A stretch of DNA of 64,000 bases, from positions 44,268,001 to 44,332,000 of the forward strand of contig OX597832.1 in assembly GCA_951406725.2 (NCBI GenBank). Reading direction: 5' to 3'. The position numbers and the translations under genes were made by a program. The notes beneath the pieces are model-generated. The model had not been told where the DNA came from, searched no databases, and saw only the letters and a program-made list of their open reading frames with translations. This stretch comes from Octopus vulgaris. Taxonomy: Eukaryota. Each line of letters begins with the position of its first letter. Positions within the stretch are counted from its first letter, which is position 1. Shown one piece after another: positions 52,947 to 64,000 of the stretch.

Positions 52947-53033
52947 AAGAGAGAGGCGGGAGGAGAAAGAGAGAGAGGCGGGAGGAGAGAGAGAGAGATT
53001 GAAAGAGTGGAAAAGAAAGGGAAATAAAGAGCT

Positions 53034-53065
<32 letters not shown>

Positions 53066-53152
53066 AGAAAGAAAGAAGCAACCAAGGATAGAAGGAAGGA
53101 AGGAAGGAAGGAAGGAAGCAAGGAAGGAAGGAAGGAAAGGAGGAAGAAGCAA

Positions 53153-53186
<34 letters not shown>

Positions 53187-53735
53187 GTAAAAATAGAGAG
53201 AAAACAAAGTTGGAAACTACAAATACAATGAAACTAAATAAGAATGAGGGAAGCAGAAGATGAGAAAGAAAAGAAGGGAGAGAGAAAAGAGAAAGAGGAA
53301 GAAAACGAACTGGTGGTGTGGAGAATTGTCGGGGGGGGGGTAAGAGTTGGAGGAAGAAAATGATATAGAAAGAAGAGGGGGTGTGTGTGAAAGAAGAAGG
53401 TGGTAAACGAGGAGTGGGGAGAGGAAAAAATGTAAAGGAGGACAAAGAAGGAGAAGGGGAGTGGAAATGGAAGAAAGAAGGGGAGGAAGAATGGGAGAAA
53501 GAAGGGGAGGAAGAATGGGAGAAAGAAGGAGAGGAAGAATGGGAGAAATAAAATGGAAGAAAAAAGGAAGACAGACATAGAAGAGAGAAGTCGGAAATGG
53601 GAGAGAAAAAAAGGAGACGATAAAAGCAAAGGCAAAGGCAAAGAAAGAAAGAAAAAACGAAGAAACAGCGGGTGTTTTGGTTTTGTAAGAGAAGAAAGAT
53701 ATAGAGAAGAAAGAAGCGGAAGGGAAGGAGAAAAA
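51985..53735 (+). repeat. (GATA)n and purine-rich low-complexity tract
   Basis: Directly visible. Confidence 0.9.
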
Positions 53736-53969
53736 AGCGATGCCTTTACAACTAAGACTCGATGCAGTAATATACTATGAAACGAAGTTGGCTCGTCAGT
53801 AGAAAAGTTCGTCTTTTTTCCCATGGTTTTATTGATTAAAATCGATAACCAATTCCTGACTTTTGGCGCTTGCTGTAGAATGGATGTTGTTGACTAACAA
53901 CTTAGCACAGTTTCAAATAACTTCGTCTTCTTTGCTCCTGCTGCGGCTGCTCCTGCCTGCTTGCTTGCT

Positions 53970-54302
53970 CCATCTTCATCATCATCATCATCATCTTCGT
54001 ATCTTCTTATCTTTTTCATCATCGTCTTCATCGTCTTCTTCGTCTTCTTCTGCTTGGCACATCGTCTCATTGGCTTCTCAATTTCTCCCCCTTTCACTCA
54101 TTCATATTTCTTTCTCTCTCTCCTTATGATTCTCTCTCTCTCATCCTCATTTTTTCTCCTCTTTCCATATCCATCCATTTGGCTATCTATCTATTTAGCT
54201 TGCTAGCTAGCTAGCTTGTTACTCAGCTATTCTTTTCTCTCTCTCTCTCTCTCTCCTCTCATGTGTATCCATCCATTTGCTGCCAATCAAGCTACCCTTC
54301 TC

Positions 54303-54344
<42 letters not shown>

Positions 54345-55130
54345 GCTTTCTTTCTCTCTTCTCATATCCATCCATCCATCCATTCGCTGCCTAACTCTCC
54401 TTCTCTTTCTCTGCCTTTGCTTCACTCTTCCTTTTACCTATTCTTCAAAATTTCTTACACTTCACTCTTATTCTTTCTCTCTCTCTCTCTTTCTTTCTTT
54501 CCCTCTCTCTATCTTTCTTTCTCTATATATATATCTTTCTCTCTCTCTTTCTTACTCTCTCTCTCTCTCTTTCTTTCTCTCTGTCTTTCTTTCTCTCTCT
54601 CTCTCTATCCTTCTGATTCTCTCTCTATCTTTCTCTCTCTCTCTCTCTATCTTTCTCTCTCTCACTCTATCTTTCTTTCTCTCTATCTTTCTTTCTTTCT
54701 CTCTCTCTATCCTTCTGATTCTCTTACTGTCAGTCCATCTGACTATTTTTGCTTTTCCCTTTTGTTTCTTCTTGTCTATTTCTTCTCTCTCTCTGTTCCT
54801 TCATCTTTTAATTATTTTTTTACTCTCTTTCTCCTTGCTGTCTATCTATTGCTTATCTACCTGTCTATCTCACACCCTTTCTCTCCCCTATCTATCTCTC
54901 CTTCTCTTTTCCTTCTCTCTCTCTCTCTCTTTCATCCTCTTTTTGTCTTTATGTTACTTTCATTTTCACTTACTCATCCCCTTGCTTTGTCTCTCTTTCT
55001 TCCCCTCCCTCTGTCTCAACTATCTATCAGTCTTCCCTCCCCTTTCCTCTGTCTCAACTATCTATCAGTCTTCCCTCCCCTTCCCTCTGTCTCAACTATC
55101 TATCAGTCTTCCCTCCCCTTCCCTCTTGAT
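53970..55130 (+). repeat. Pyrimidine-rich low-complexity tract, ending in a 38-bp x3 tandem repeat (about 55009-55126)
   Basis: Directly visible. Confidence 0.9.
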
Positions 55131-55814
55131 TTCTTACCACCTGTTTCGCATGCTTTCTCCACTCCTCATCTTTATATCATGTGGATAATTTCAGCTGTTT
55201 CATGTCTCAACTTTCTGGTTCTCTTCAAAATACCGATTCCTCTGGATTCAGTCCCACTGTGTGGAATCTTGGACAATTGCCCTCTGCTATAGTCCCAGGC
55301 TAACCAAAGCCTCGGGAGTGAATTTGGTAGATGGAAACTGTGTGAAAGCCTACGGTGTATATGTGTATCAGATGGTATGTCTTGTGGTATGTGTCCTGGT
55401 TCCATCTGTTTGGAATTCAAATGCCACCTCATCATTGAAACAAAAAAATTGTCTCTTGTGCCATTGGAAGACTGACTGCCACCACCACCACCACCACCAC
55501 TACCACCACCACCACCACCAACACCAAAACCACCATTACCACCACCACCACCACTGCCACCACCACCACCATTAACACCACCACCATTACCACCACCACC
55601 ACCACCACCACCACCACCACCACCATCGCCACCAGCAACAACAGCAACTTGAAAATGAAGGGTGCATTTAATGATGTAACCTTGGATATGCTAACCCTAA
55701 GAACAAGACAGAAGGATCATGGAAAGTCTTTGACCAAAAGCTTTCATCAAAAGGTTTGATCTTGAGCTAAACAACAACAACAGTAACAGCAATGGCAGCA
55801 GCAGCAACAACAGT

Positions 55815-56185
55815 GGAGGCGCAATGGCCCAGTGGTTAGGGCAGCGGACTCGCGGTCGGAGGATCGCGGTTTCGATTCCCAGACCGGGCGTTGTGTGTGT
55901 TTATTGAGCGAAAACACCTAAAGTTCCACGAGGCTCCGGCAGGGGGGTGGGGGTGGTGATCCTTGTTGTACTCTTTCACTCCAACTTTCTCTCACCCTTT
56001 CTTCCTGTTTCTTGTCCCCGACTTCCTACGCAACCACTAAGCCTGGATGCGCATTCATCCATCCGTCGATGCTCTCGGTGTCGGGGGTTGACCTGCTTTC
56101 TCTTCTGCGGATCTTACCCATAGCAAAGGACCACGATTCGGACTTCTCCCACTGCAAGCTCTGGGACGAAGACCATTCGCTCAAC
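55815..56185 (+). mobile_element. SINE-D full-length (tRNA-like head, tail type 1) within (CAA/CAG)n
   Basis: GGAGGCGCAATGGCCCAGTGGTTAGGGCAGCGGACTCGCGGTCGG...GGTTTCGATTCCC contains A and B boxes and a tRNA-like fold. Confidence 0.88.
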
Positions 56186-56744
56186 AGCAACAGCAGCAAC
56201 AACAATTACAGCAGCAACAACAACAACAGTGACTTTACTACTTGGCTTTGCTAGAATCAATGAAAATTTTCATGATATTCCAAAACATTTGTAATTTAGC
56301 TAGTTTCAGGAAATTTATCAATGTTATGAAATAATTATACTAACTTAATTTACATTATAGATTATTTAATTCATCTAAGTTAAATTTAGATTATAGATTA
56401 TAGATTATCAGTCAAATAAAATGTTAGTTATGTACACCAAATCAGATTGGCTGTTTAATGGCAAGTCCCTTGCCTTCTGACAGATATTGTTATTCCGTCT
56501 GTACTGAGCATCTGTGTGTGTGCTTGTGGTTTGTGTGTGTCTTTATGTCTGTGTTTTTCCCCTCCACCATGGCTTGACAACCAATGTCGGTGTGTTTATG
56601 TCCCCCGTAAATTAGCAGTTTGGCAAAGAGACCGATAGAATCAGTACTAGGCTTACAAAGAATAAGTACTCAACTAAAAATCAACCTGAGGTGGTGCTCC
56701 AGCATGGCTGCAGCCTGAAACAAATAAAAGAATACTGATAGATA

Positions 56745-57579
56745 TTCTTTTATTCTTTAACATGTTTCAGTCATTTGACTGTAGCCATGCTGGAGCACCG
56801 CCTTTAGTCGAGCATTGACCCCAGGACTTATTCTTTGTAAGCCTAGTACTTATTCTATTTTGCCAAACTGCTAAGTTACGGGGACGTAAACACACCAGCA
56901 TCAGTTGTCAAGCGATGTAAGGGGGACAAACACAGACACACAAACATACATATATATATATATACATATATACGACAGGCTTCTTTCAGTTTCTGTCTAC
57001 CAAATCCACTCACAAGGCTTTGGTCGGCCTGAGGCTATAGCAGAAGACACTTGCCCAAGGTGCCACGCAGTGGGACTGAACCCGGAACCATGTGGTTGGT
57101 AAGCAAGCTACTTACCACACAGCCACTCTTGCGGCTATATACATGTATATATGTACTGACACATGCATATACATGCACATAGCCATATGCATATATTGAC
57201 ATATATGAATGAGGACACACATACTTGGGCACATATGCATATACATATAGGCGTACTCATACACATATACACACAGACACACCCACACATTCATTGGTGA
57301 CCTCCACTCTTTATAGACATACATACATATGTGAGATAGTTGATGGAATCTGTTTTATAGGCGCAGGAGTGGCTGTGTGGTAAGTAGCTTGTTCACCAAC
57401 CACATAGTTCTGGGTTCAGTCCCACTGCGTGGCACCTTAGGCAAGTGTCTTCTACTATAGCCTCAGGCTGACCAAAACCTTGTGAGTGGATTTGGTAGAC
57501 AGAAACTGAAAGAAGCCTCGGGCCGACCAAAGCCTTGTGAGTGGATTTGGTAGACAGAAACCGAAAGAAGCCCGTCATA

Positions 57580-57617
<38 letters not shown>

Positions 57618-58434
57618 TGTGTATGTTTGTGTGTCTGTGTTTGTCCCTCTAGCATTGCTTGACAACCGATGCTGGTGTGTTTATGTCCCTGTTACTTAGC
57701 AGTTCAGCAAAAGAGAACCGATAGAACAAGTACTGGGCTTACAAAAAAAGAATAAGTCCCGGGGTCGAGTTGCTCGACTAAAGGCGGTGCTCCAGCATGG
57801 CCGCAGTCAAATGACTGAAACAAGTAAAAGAGTATACGCGTACTCATACACATATACACACAGACACACCCACACATTCATCGATGACCTCCACTCTTTA
57901 CAGACATACATACATACATATGTGAGATAGTTGATGGAATCTGTTTTATCAGCAGCTGCTGAAATAAAAGAACACAAAGTTTACCATTTCCAATAGATAT
58001 CTGGCAAGCAGCAGCTCTCTGTAGCGTATTCTTCTTCTAATTGCCAACTTGCAATAGATTATCAATACAAAATCCCTAAAGTTATATCTGATTCTGGTCA
58101 TTCATATATTTGCATGTGTGTGTGCGTATATACATACATACTGACACACACACACATATATATATATATATATGCATACACACACATACATACATGCATA
58201 CATGTATATATATATATATATATATGCTCTTTGCTCTTTTACTTGTTTCAGTCATTTGACACTGGACACCACCTTTAATCGAGCAACTCGACCCGGGACT
58301 TATTCTTTTTTTGTAAGCCCAGGACTTATTCTATCGGTCTCTTTGCTGGACCGCTAAGTAACAGGGACATAAACACACCAGCATCAGTTGTCAAGCAATG
58401 CTAGGGGACAAACACAGACACACAAACACACACA

Positions 58435-58475
<41 letters not shown>

Positions 58476-58608
58476 GATTCTTTCACCGTATACCAAATAT
58501 ACAATTTCTTTGGTCGGCCCGAGGCTAAGAGGCTAAACAGAGAGAGGACAAACCCGGAACCATGTGGTTGGTAAACAAGCTACTTACCACACAGCCACTC
58601 CTGCGCCT
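56745..58608. mobile_element. Cluster of three SINE-A copies in alternating orientation (56745-57136 -, 57359-57833 +, 58228-58608 -)
   Basis: All three match the family consensus. Confidence 0.88.
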
Positions 58609-58622
58609 ATATATATATATAT

Positions 58623-58782
58623 CGGGAAGGTTTACGAAAATAAACAAAAGACGAAGGCAGGTGGAGTACAAACAAGCAAATGTATTGGTATGGCGCTCAG
58701 GAATAGAAATAGAACAAGTCTTTTACGTTTCGAGCCTACGCTCTTCGACAGAAAGATACACAGAAAAAAACAAGGAGAGAAA
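58623..58782 (-). mobile_element. Penelope-like terminal fragment with variant hammerhead at 58719-58756
   Basis: Third copy of the 10372 family, with (TA)n on both sides. Confidence 0.65.
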
Positions 58783-58901
58783 CATATATATATATATATA
58801 TATATGTATGTATATACATATACATATATATATTTCATATATATACACATATATATATGCATATATATATATATAAAATCAAAAACAGAACACAAAAGAT
58901 A

Positions 58902-58996
58902 TCACGGTACACGTGTTTCAAGCTTTATAAACGACCCGTTCTTACATCAGTGTATAATTGATATAAAAGATGGTTTAAAGCTCTGTTCAGCCGCAA
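58902..58996 (-). ncRNA. Type-I hammerhead motif with a G8-to-C core change
   Basis: Minus strand: TTGCGG-CTGAACA-GAGCTTTA...TAAAGCTT-GAAA-CACGTG-TA-CCGTGA. Confidence 0.68.
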
Positions 58997-59465
58997 ACAT
59001 TGTTATTCCAAAGAGTTACATCACACTATAAAAAATATGAAAAGTACACATCGTATTATCTATTATAATAGGTATATCATATCTTCCCTGAGAAAGTGTA
59101 TTTGTAAAAAGATTCATTGGATTTCGAAAATCTGCCCATCTGTATCACCAGTCAACATAGAGTTAATGAAAATTTAATAAAATCTAATCATAAGCAAGTG
59201 AAATTATGCAAACCTTTCTTTCCTTGGCTATATCAACAATTCTGAAAACTTTTGGGTGCAAATTTTATGTGAGTAGAAGCTTTTTTTAAAATTTTATCCT
59301 GAAAATCACCTGCATAAATTACACAGGTGCGCAAATTATATGGTGATCAATCGTTTGTTTAATGTGCTGGTTAAACAATCAATTGTTAGCCAAAGTCCTT
59401 TCAGTGATATTTGCAGCCTTTTAAGGGTTTTTTCCCTTTGGTTCAAGGTCAATTTGGTCTCAGGT

Positions 59466-59740
59466 TTGGTGTGTGTGTGTGTGTGTGCATGCGCACGCGC
59501 ATGTGAATGTGTGTGTGTGTGAGTGTGTATGTGTGAGCCTGTGCATGTGCATGTGTGTGTGTGCATGTGCATGCGCATGTAAATGTGTGTGTGTGTGAGT
59601 ATGCATGTGTGTGTGTGTGCATGTGCACGCGCATGTGAATGTGTGTGTGTGCATGTGAGTATGCATGTGTGAGCCTGTGTATGTGCATGTGTGTGTGTGT
59701 GTGCATGCATATGTGAGAATGTGTGTGTGTGTGTGTATTT
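59466..59740. repeat. (TG)n/GCAT alternating purine-pyrimidine tract at a SINE-A internal microsatellite
   Basis: Directly visible, and followed by a SINE-A 3' half (59740-59960). Confidence 0.9.
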
Positions 59741-59974
59741 TTGCATTTGTGTTTGTCTCCCACCCACCACAGCTTGACAACTGGGGTTGGTGTGTTTACG
59801 TCCCTGTAACTTAACGTTTCAGCAAAAGAGACCAACAGAATGAGTACTAGACTTTAAAAAAAATAACTAAGTCTTGGAGGTTGATTCATTCTTCTAAACT
59901 ATACTTCAAAGTGATGCCCCAGCGTCGATGTAATCTAAAGACTGAAACAAGTAAAACAAAAAAATAATAATAAT

Positions 59975-60148
59975 AAGGCGCGGGATTGGCTGTGTGGTAA
60001 GTAGCTTGCCTACCAACCACATGGATCCGGGTTCAGTCCCACTGCGTGGCATCTTGGGCAAGTGTCTTCTACTATAGCCTCGGGCCGACCAATGCCTTGT
60101 GAGTGGATTTGGTAGATGGAAACTGAAAAGAAGCCTGTCGTATATATG

Positions 60149-60179
<31 letters not shown>

Positions 60180-61423
60180 ATATGTTTGTGTGTCTGTGTT
60201 TGTCCCCCTAGCATTGCTTGACAACTGATGCTGGTGTGTTTATGTCCCTGTCACTTAGCAGTTCGGCAAAAGAGAACGATAAAATAAGTCCTGGGCTTAC
60301 AAAAACAGAATAAGTCCCAGGGTCGATTTGGTTGACTAAAGGTGGTGCTCCAGCATGGCCGCAGTCAAAATGACTGAAATAAGTAAAAAAGAGTAAAAAA
60401 AAAAAGAAAAGAGAATAAAAAAAAAATATTTTACCTTCCATCAGCAAATTTTTGTAAAATGTTCATTATATTATTGTTTTATCTCAATTTGATTTTTTTT
60501 TCTTCTTTTGGTTTCCCCCACCCCCTGCCGCTTCCATTTCATTTGCAAACCCGATATTATCGATCTAATAATTCTCTGGAGAGGTCTATTTAAAGAATAA
60601 AACACAGCAGTATTGGAACATTGGAATTCAAAGACAATAAGCTTTCTCTTGTGCAAATTGGTTGTCATACATTTTGGTTTACCCTCAGATTCCACTCTTG
60701 TGGCATTGTAATTCTTCATTTATATATTTGCAATACTCTTTTACTCTTTTACTTGTTTCAGTCATTTGACTGCGGCCATGCTGGAGCACCGCTGTTAGTC
60801 GAGCAAATCGACACTGGGACTTATTCTGTTTTTGTAAGCAATGTTTTTTTTTTATTTCAATTTTATTTATTTATATATTTATTTATTGTTTTATGTTCCT
60901 GATGATTACTCTTTTACTCTTTTACTCGTTTCAGTCATTTGACTGTGGTCATGCTGGAGCACCGCATTTTTTTAGTCGAGCAAATCGACCCCGGGACTTA
61001 TTCTTTGGAAGCCTAGTACTTATTCTATCGGTTCTCTTTTGCTGAACCACTAAGTTACAGGTGACAACGATGACAACTACGATGATGATGATGATGGTAT
61101 TGACAATGGGTCTGGATGATGCAAAATTTAATAGAACTAGAATATTTTTTCGGTATCTTTTATGCTTGGAACTGTCGGTTGTCAAGTTATGTTGGTGGGG
61201 GGGGGGGGGACACAGACACACAAACACAGACACACACACACACACATATACATATATACGACAGGCTTCTTTCAGTTTCCATCTACTGAATCCTCTCACA
61301 AGGCTTTGGTCGGCCTGAGGCTATAGCAGAAGACACTTGCCCAAGATGCCACGCAGTGGGACTGAACCCGGAACCTTGTGGTTGGTAAGCAAGCTACTTA
61401 CCACACAGCCACTCCTGCGCCTA
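59975..61423. mobile_element. Convergent SINE-A copies (59975-60420 +; 60735-60838 - fragment; 60908-61423 -)
   Basis: All match the family consensus. Confidence 0.85.
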
Positions 61424-61620
61424 TATTTGCAATTTTTTTTTTTTATTTCAATTTTATTTATTTATATATTTACTTGTTTTCTTCCTGATGATTAGGTTGT
61501 TTTTTTTTTTTGGTTTTTTTTTCTGGAACCGTGTTCTTGTTACTTTAAGATCACACAGCTCCAAGCATAAAAGGTACCGAAAAAACATTCCAGTTCTATT
61601 AAATTTTGTATCATCCAGAC

Positions 61621-61682
61621 TCATTATCATCATCATCATCATCATCATCATCACCACCACCACCACCACCACCACCACCACC

Positions 61683-61758
<76 letters not shown>

Positions 61759-61762
61759 ACAC

Positions 61763-61800
<38 letters not shown>

Positions 61801-61811
61801 TCATCGTCATC

Positions 61812-61843
<32 letters not shown>

Positions 61844-61904
61844 CGTCATCCCCATCATCATCATCATCATCCCCATCATCATCATCATCATTATCAACAC
61901 CATC

Positions 61905-61953
<49 letters not shown>

Positions 61954-62077
61954 CCATCACCATCATCATAGTAGTTGTCATCGTCATCGTTGTCATTGCA
62001 GTTGTCTTTGTGGTTACCATCACCATGGTTGTCATCATCAGCATCGTCATCATTGATGTAATTATCATTGTCGTTAT

Positions 62078-62108
<31 letters not shown>

Positions 62109-62751
62109 CTAATTATCAATGTGAACATTGTCATCATTCTCATTATCAATAATCACCTTTATTCTTATTAATTAATCACCTCAGTGAATAACTACTACTG
62201 CTACAACAACTACTACTACTACTATTACCACCACAATCACTGCCACTAACACTGCCACCAACACCACTACTACCACCACCACTACTACTACCACAACCAC
62301 TAACACCACCACCGCCAATACCACTACCATCACTATTGTTGTTACTGCTGCAACTACTACTAGCACCACCACCACCACCACCACCACCACCACTACTACT
62401 ACTACTACTACCACCACCACCACCACCACCACCACCACTACCACCATTGTGACCATGCAACTTCCACTACTACTACTACCTTCACCACCACCATCACCAA
62501 AACCACCACCACCACTACTACTACTACTACTAGTACTACTACTACCACCACCACCACTACCACCATTGTGACCATGCAACTTCCACTACTACTACTACCT
62601 TCACCACCACCATCACCAAAACCACCACCACCACTACTACTACTACTACTAGTACTACTACTACCACCACCACCACTACCACCATTGTGACCATGCAACT
62701 TCCACTACTACTACTACCTTCACCACCACCATCACCAAAACCACCACCACC

Positions 62752-62788
<37 letters not shown>

Positions 62789-62888
62789 GTAGTAGTAGTA
62801 CTAGTACTACCACCACCACCACTACCACCATTGTGACCATGCAACTTCCACTACTACTACTACCTTCACCACCACCATCACCAAAACC

Positions 62889-62922
<34 letters not shown>

Positions 62923-63205
62923 GTACTAGTACTACCACCACCACCATTACCATCATGGTGACCATGTAACTTCCACTACTACTACCTTCACCACCACCAC
63001 CACCACCACCACCATCAAACACTACCATCACCATTGTGACCATGTAACTTCCACTACTTTCACCACCACCACCATCACCAAAACCACCACTATCACCACC
63101 ACCACCATCACCAAAACCACCACTATCACCACCAAAACCACCACCACCACCACAACCACCACCACCATCACTGCCACCATGCCAACACTATTGCTATTAC
63201 TACTA

Positions 63206-63240
<35 letters not shown>
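61621..63240 (+). repeat. (CAT)n, (CAC)n, (CTA)n triplet repeats with a higher-order unit of about 119-146 bp at 62440-63060
   Basis: The anchor CCATTGTGACCATGCAACTTCCACTAC recurs about six times. Confidence 0.92.
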
Positions 63241-63323
63241 ACTGCTTATGATTTAGTAAGGAGCATAGAACACTGGAACTAGTCAACATCAAACATAACA
63301 AGCAAAGACCAAAACTAATATAC

Positions 63324-63354
<31 letters not shown>

Positions 63355-63706
63355 AGAATTTCATAAAACGGCAATAGCTATGACAACAATAACCAGAGCA
63401 GGAAATTCCAGAGACCTCTTCTGCATGGAAGACAAATAGCTATGTCAGTGAAGACATGCTTAATGTGGTGAACAATAATATTTCAGTCAAATTCAAATTA
63501 GATTCATCGTTAAGAGAAGAAGAAAAAGAAACCCATTAGCATAATTATATTGTGCAGCAATGTATGGTATATTTTTATAAAAGGGTCAGTTTTTACTTTT
63601 ATGCAATGAAAAAAACAGCCCCTGGTTTTATCTTCAATTTATCAAACTCAGAATTAATGGACCTGCCATTCTCTTTAATAGTCCATTAAATCATCATCAT
63701 CATCAT

Positions 63707-63819
<113 letters not shown>

Positions 63820-64000
63820 GTTAATCCAAACAAGAAAGCACAAAAAAACACAACAACGCGAGGACGTGGAACAAATATAGTATTATTGGACGCTCAGGAA
63901 AGAAGGGAAGAAGGATTTAACGTTTCGAGCGGAGCTCTTCGTCGGAAACATAGGAGAAGGAAAGATCCAAAGAAAGGAAGAACAGAGGAAAAAAAATCGC
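63820..64000 (-). mobile_element. Penelope-like terminal fragment with variant hammerhead at 63915-63949
   Basis: It follows (TA)n. The minus strand reads GTTT-CCGACGA-A-GAGC-TCC-GCTC-GAAA-C-GTT-AAAT and it shares GCGCTCAGGAA-like sequence with the 10372 family. Confidence 0.6.

Noticed and set aside
49670-55650. Long ORFs (poly-V, poly-T, ER-rich, SL-rich; up to 358 aa)
   Set aside because: They are translations of simple repeats that lack stop codons in several frames and on both strands. There is no domain or splice evidence.
55815-55890. tRNA gene
   Set aside because: The tRNA-like head continues into a SINE body present in several copies, and there is no proper acceptor stem or terminator.
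61454-63043. Poly-M/I/S/G ORFs including repeated MHGHNGGSGGGG
   Set aside because: They are products of triplet repeats and the higher-order unit.

Overview
This is AT-rich, repeat-saturated eukaryotic DNA. The tRNA-derived SINE families and microsatellite load match what I recognise as an octopus (coleoid cephalopod) genome, which is an inference. No intact protein-coding gene lies in the window. The only gene signal is a CpG-rich promoter at about 5.3-5.6 kb with a candidate 14-nt first coding exon on the minus strand. The remainder is SINEs (at least five families), decayed mariner, pogo, hAT, piggyBac-like and Helentron-like DNA elements, 3' fragments of RTE and CR1 LINEs, minisatellites and long simple repeats. 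Almost all ORFs in the supplied track are repeat artefacts. The main find is about ten type-I hammerhead ribozyme motifs from at least seven unrelated sequence families. Four have a fully canonical CUGANGA/GAAA/NUH core and six have single-site core variants. All sit in short ORF-less elements next to (TA)n tracts, which suggests a radiation of Penelope-like or retrozyme-like elements that target microsatellites. Other findings: a minisatellite amplified out of a mariner transposase gene, SINE head/tail swapping, very long target-site duplications, a templated inversion inside a SINE, and a roughly 5 kb mirror-symmetric low-complexity domain around a unique core. All structures were read by eye and boundaries are approximate.
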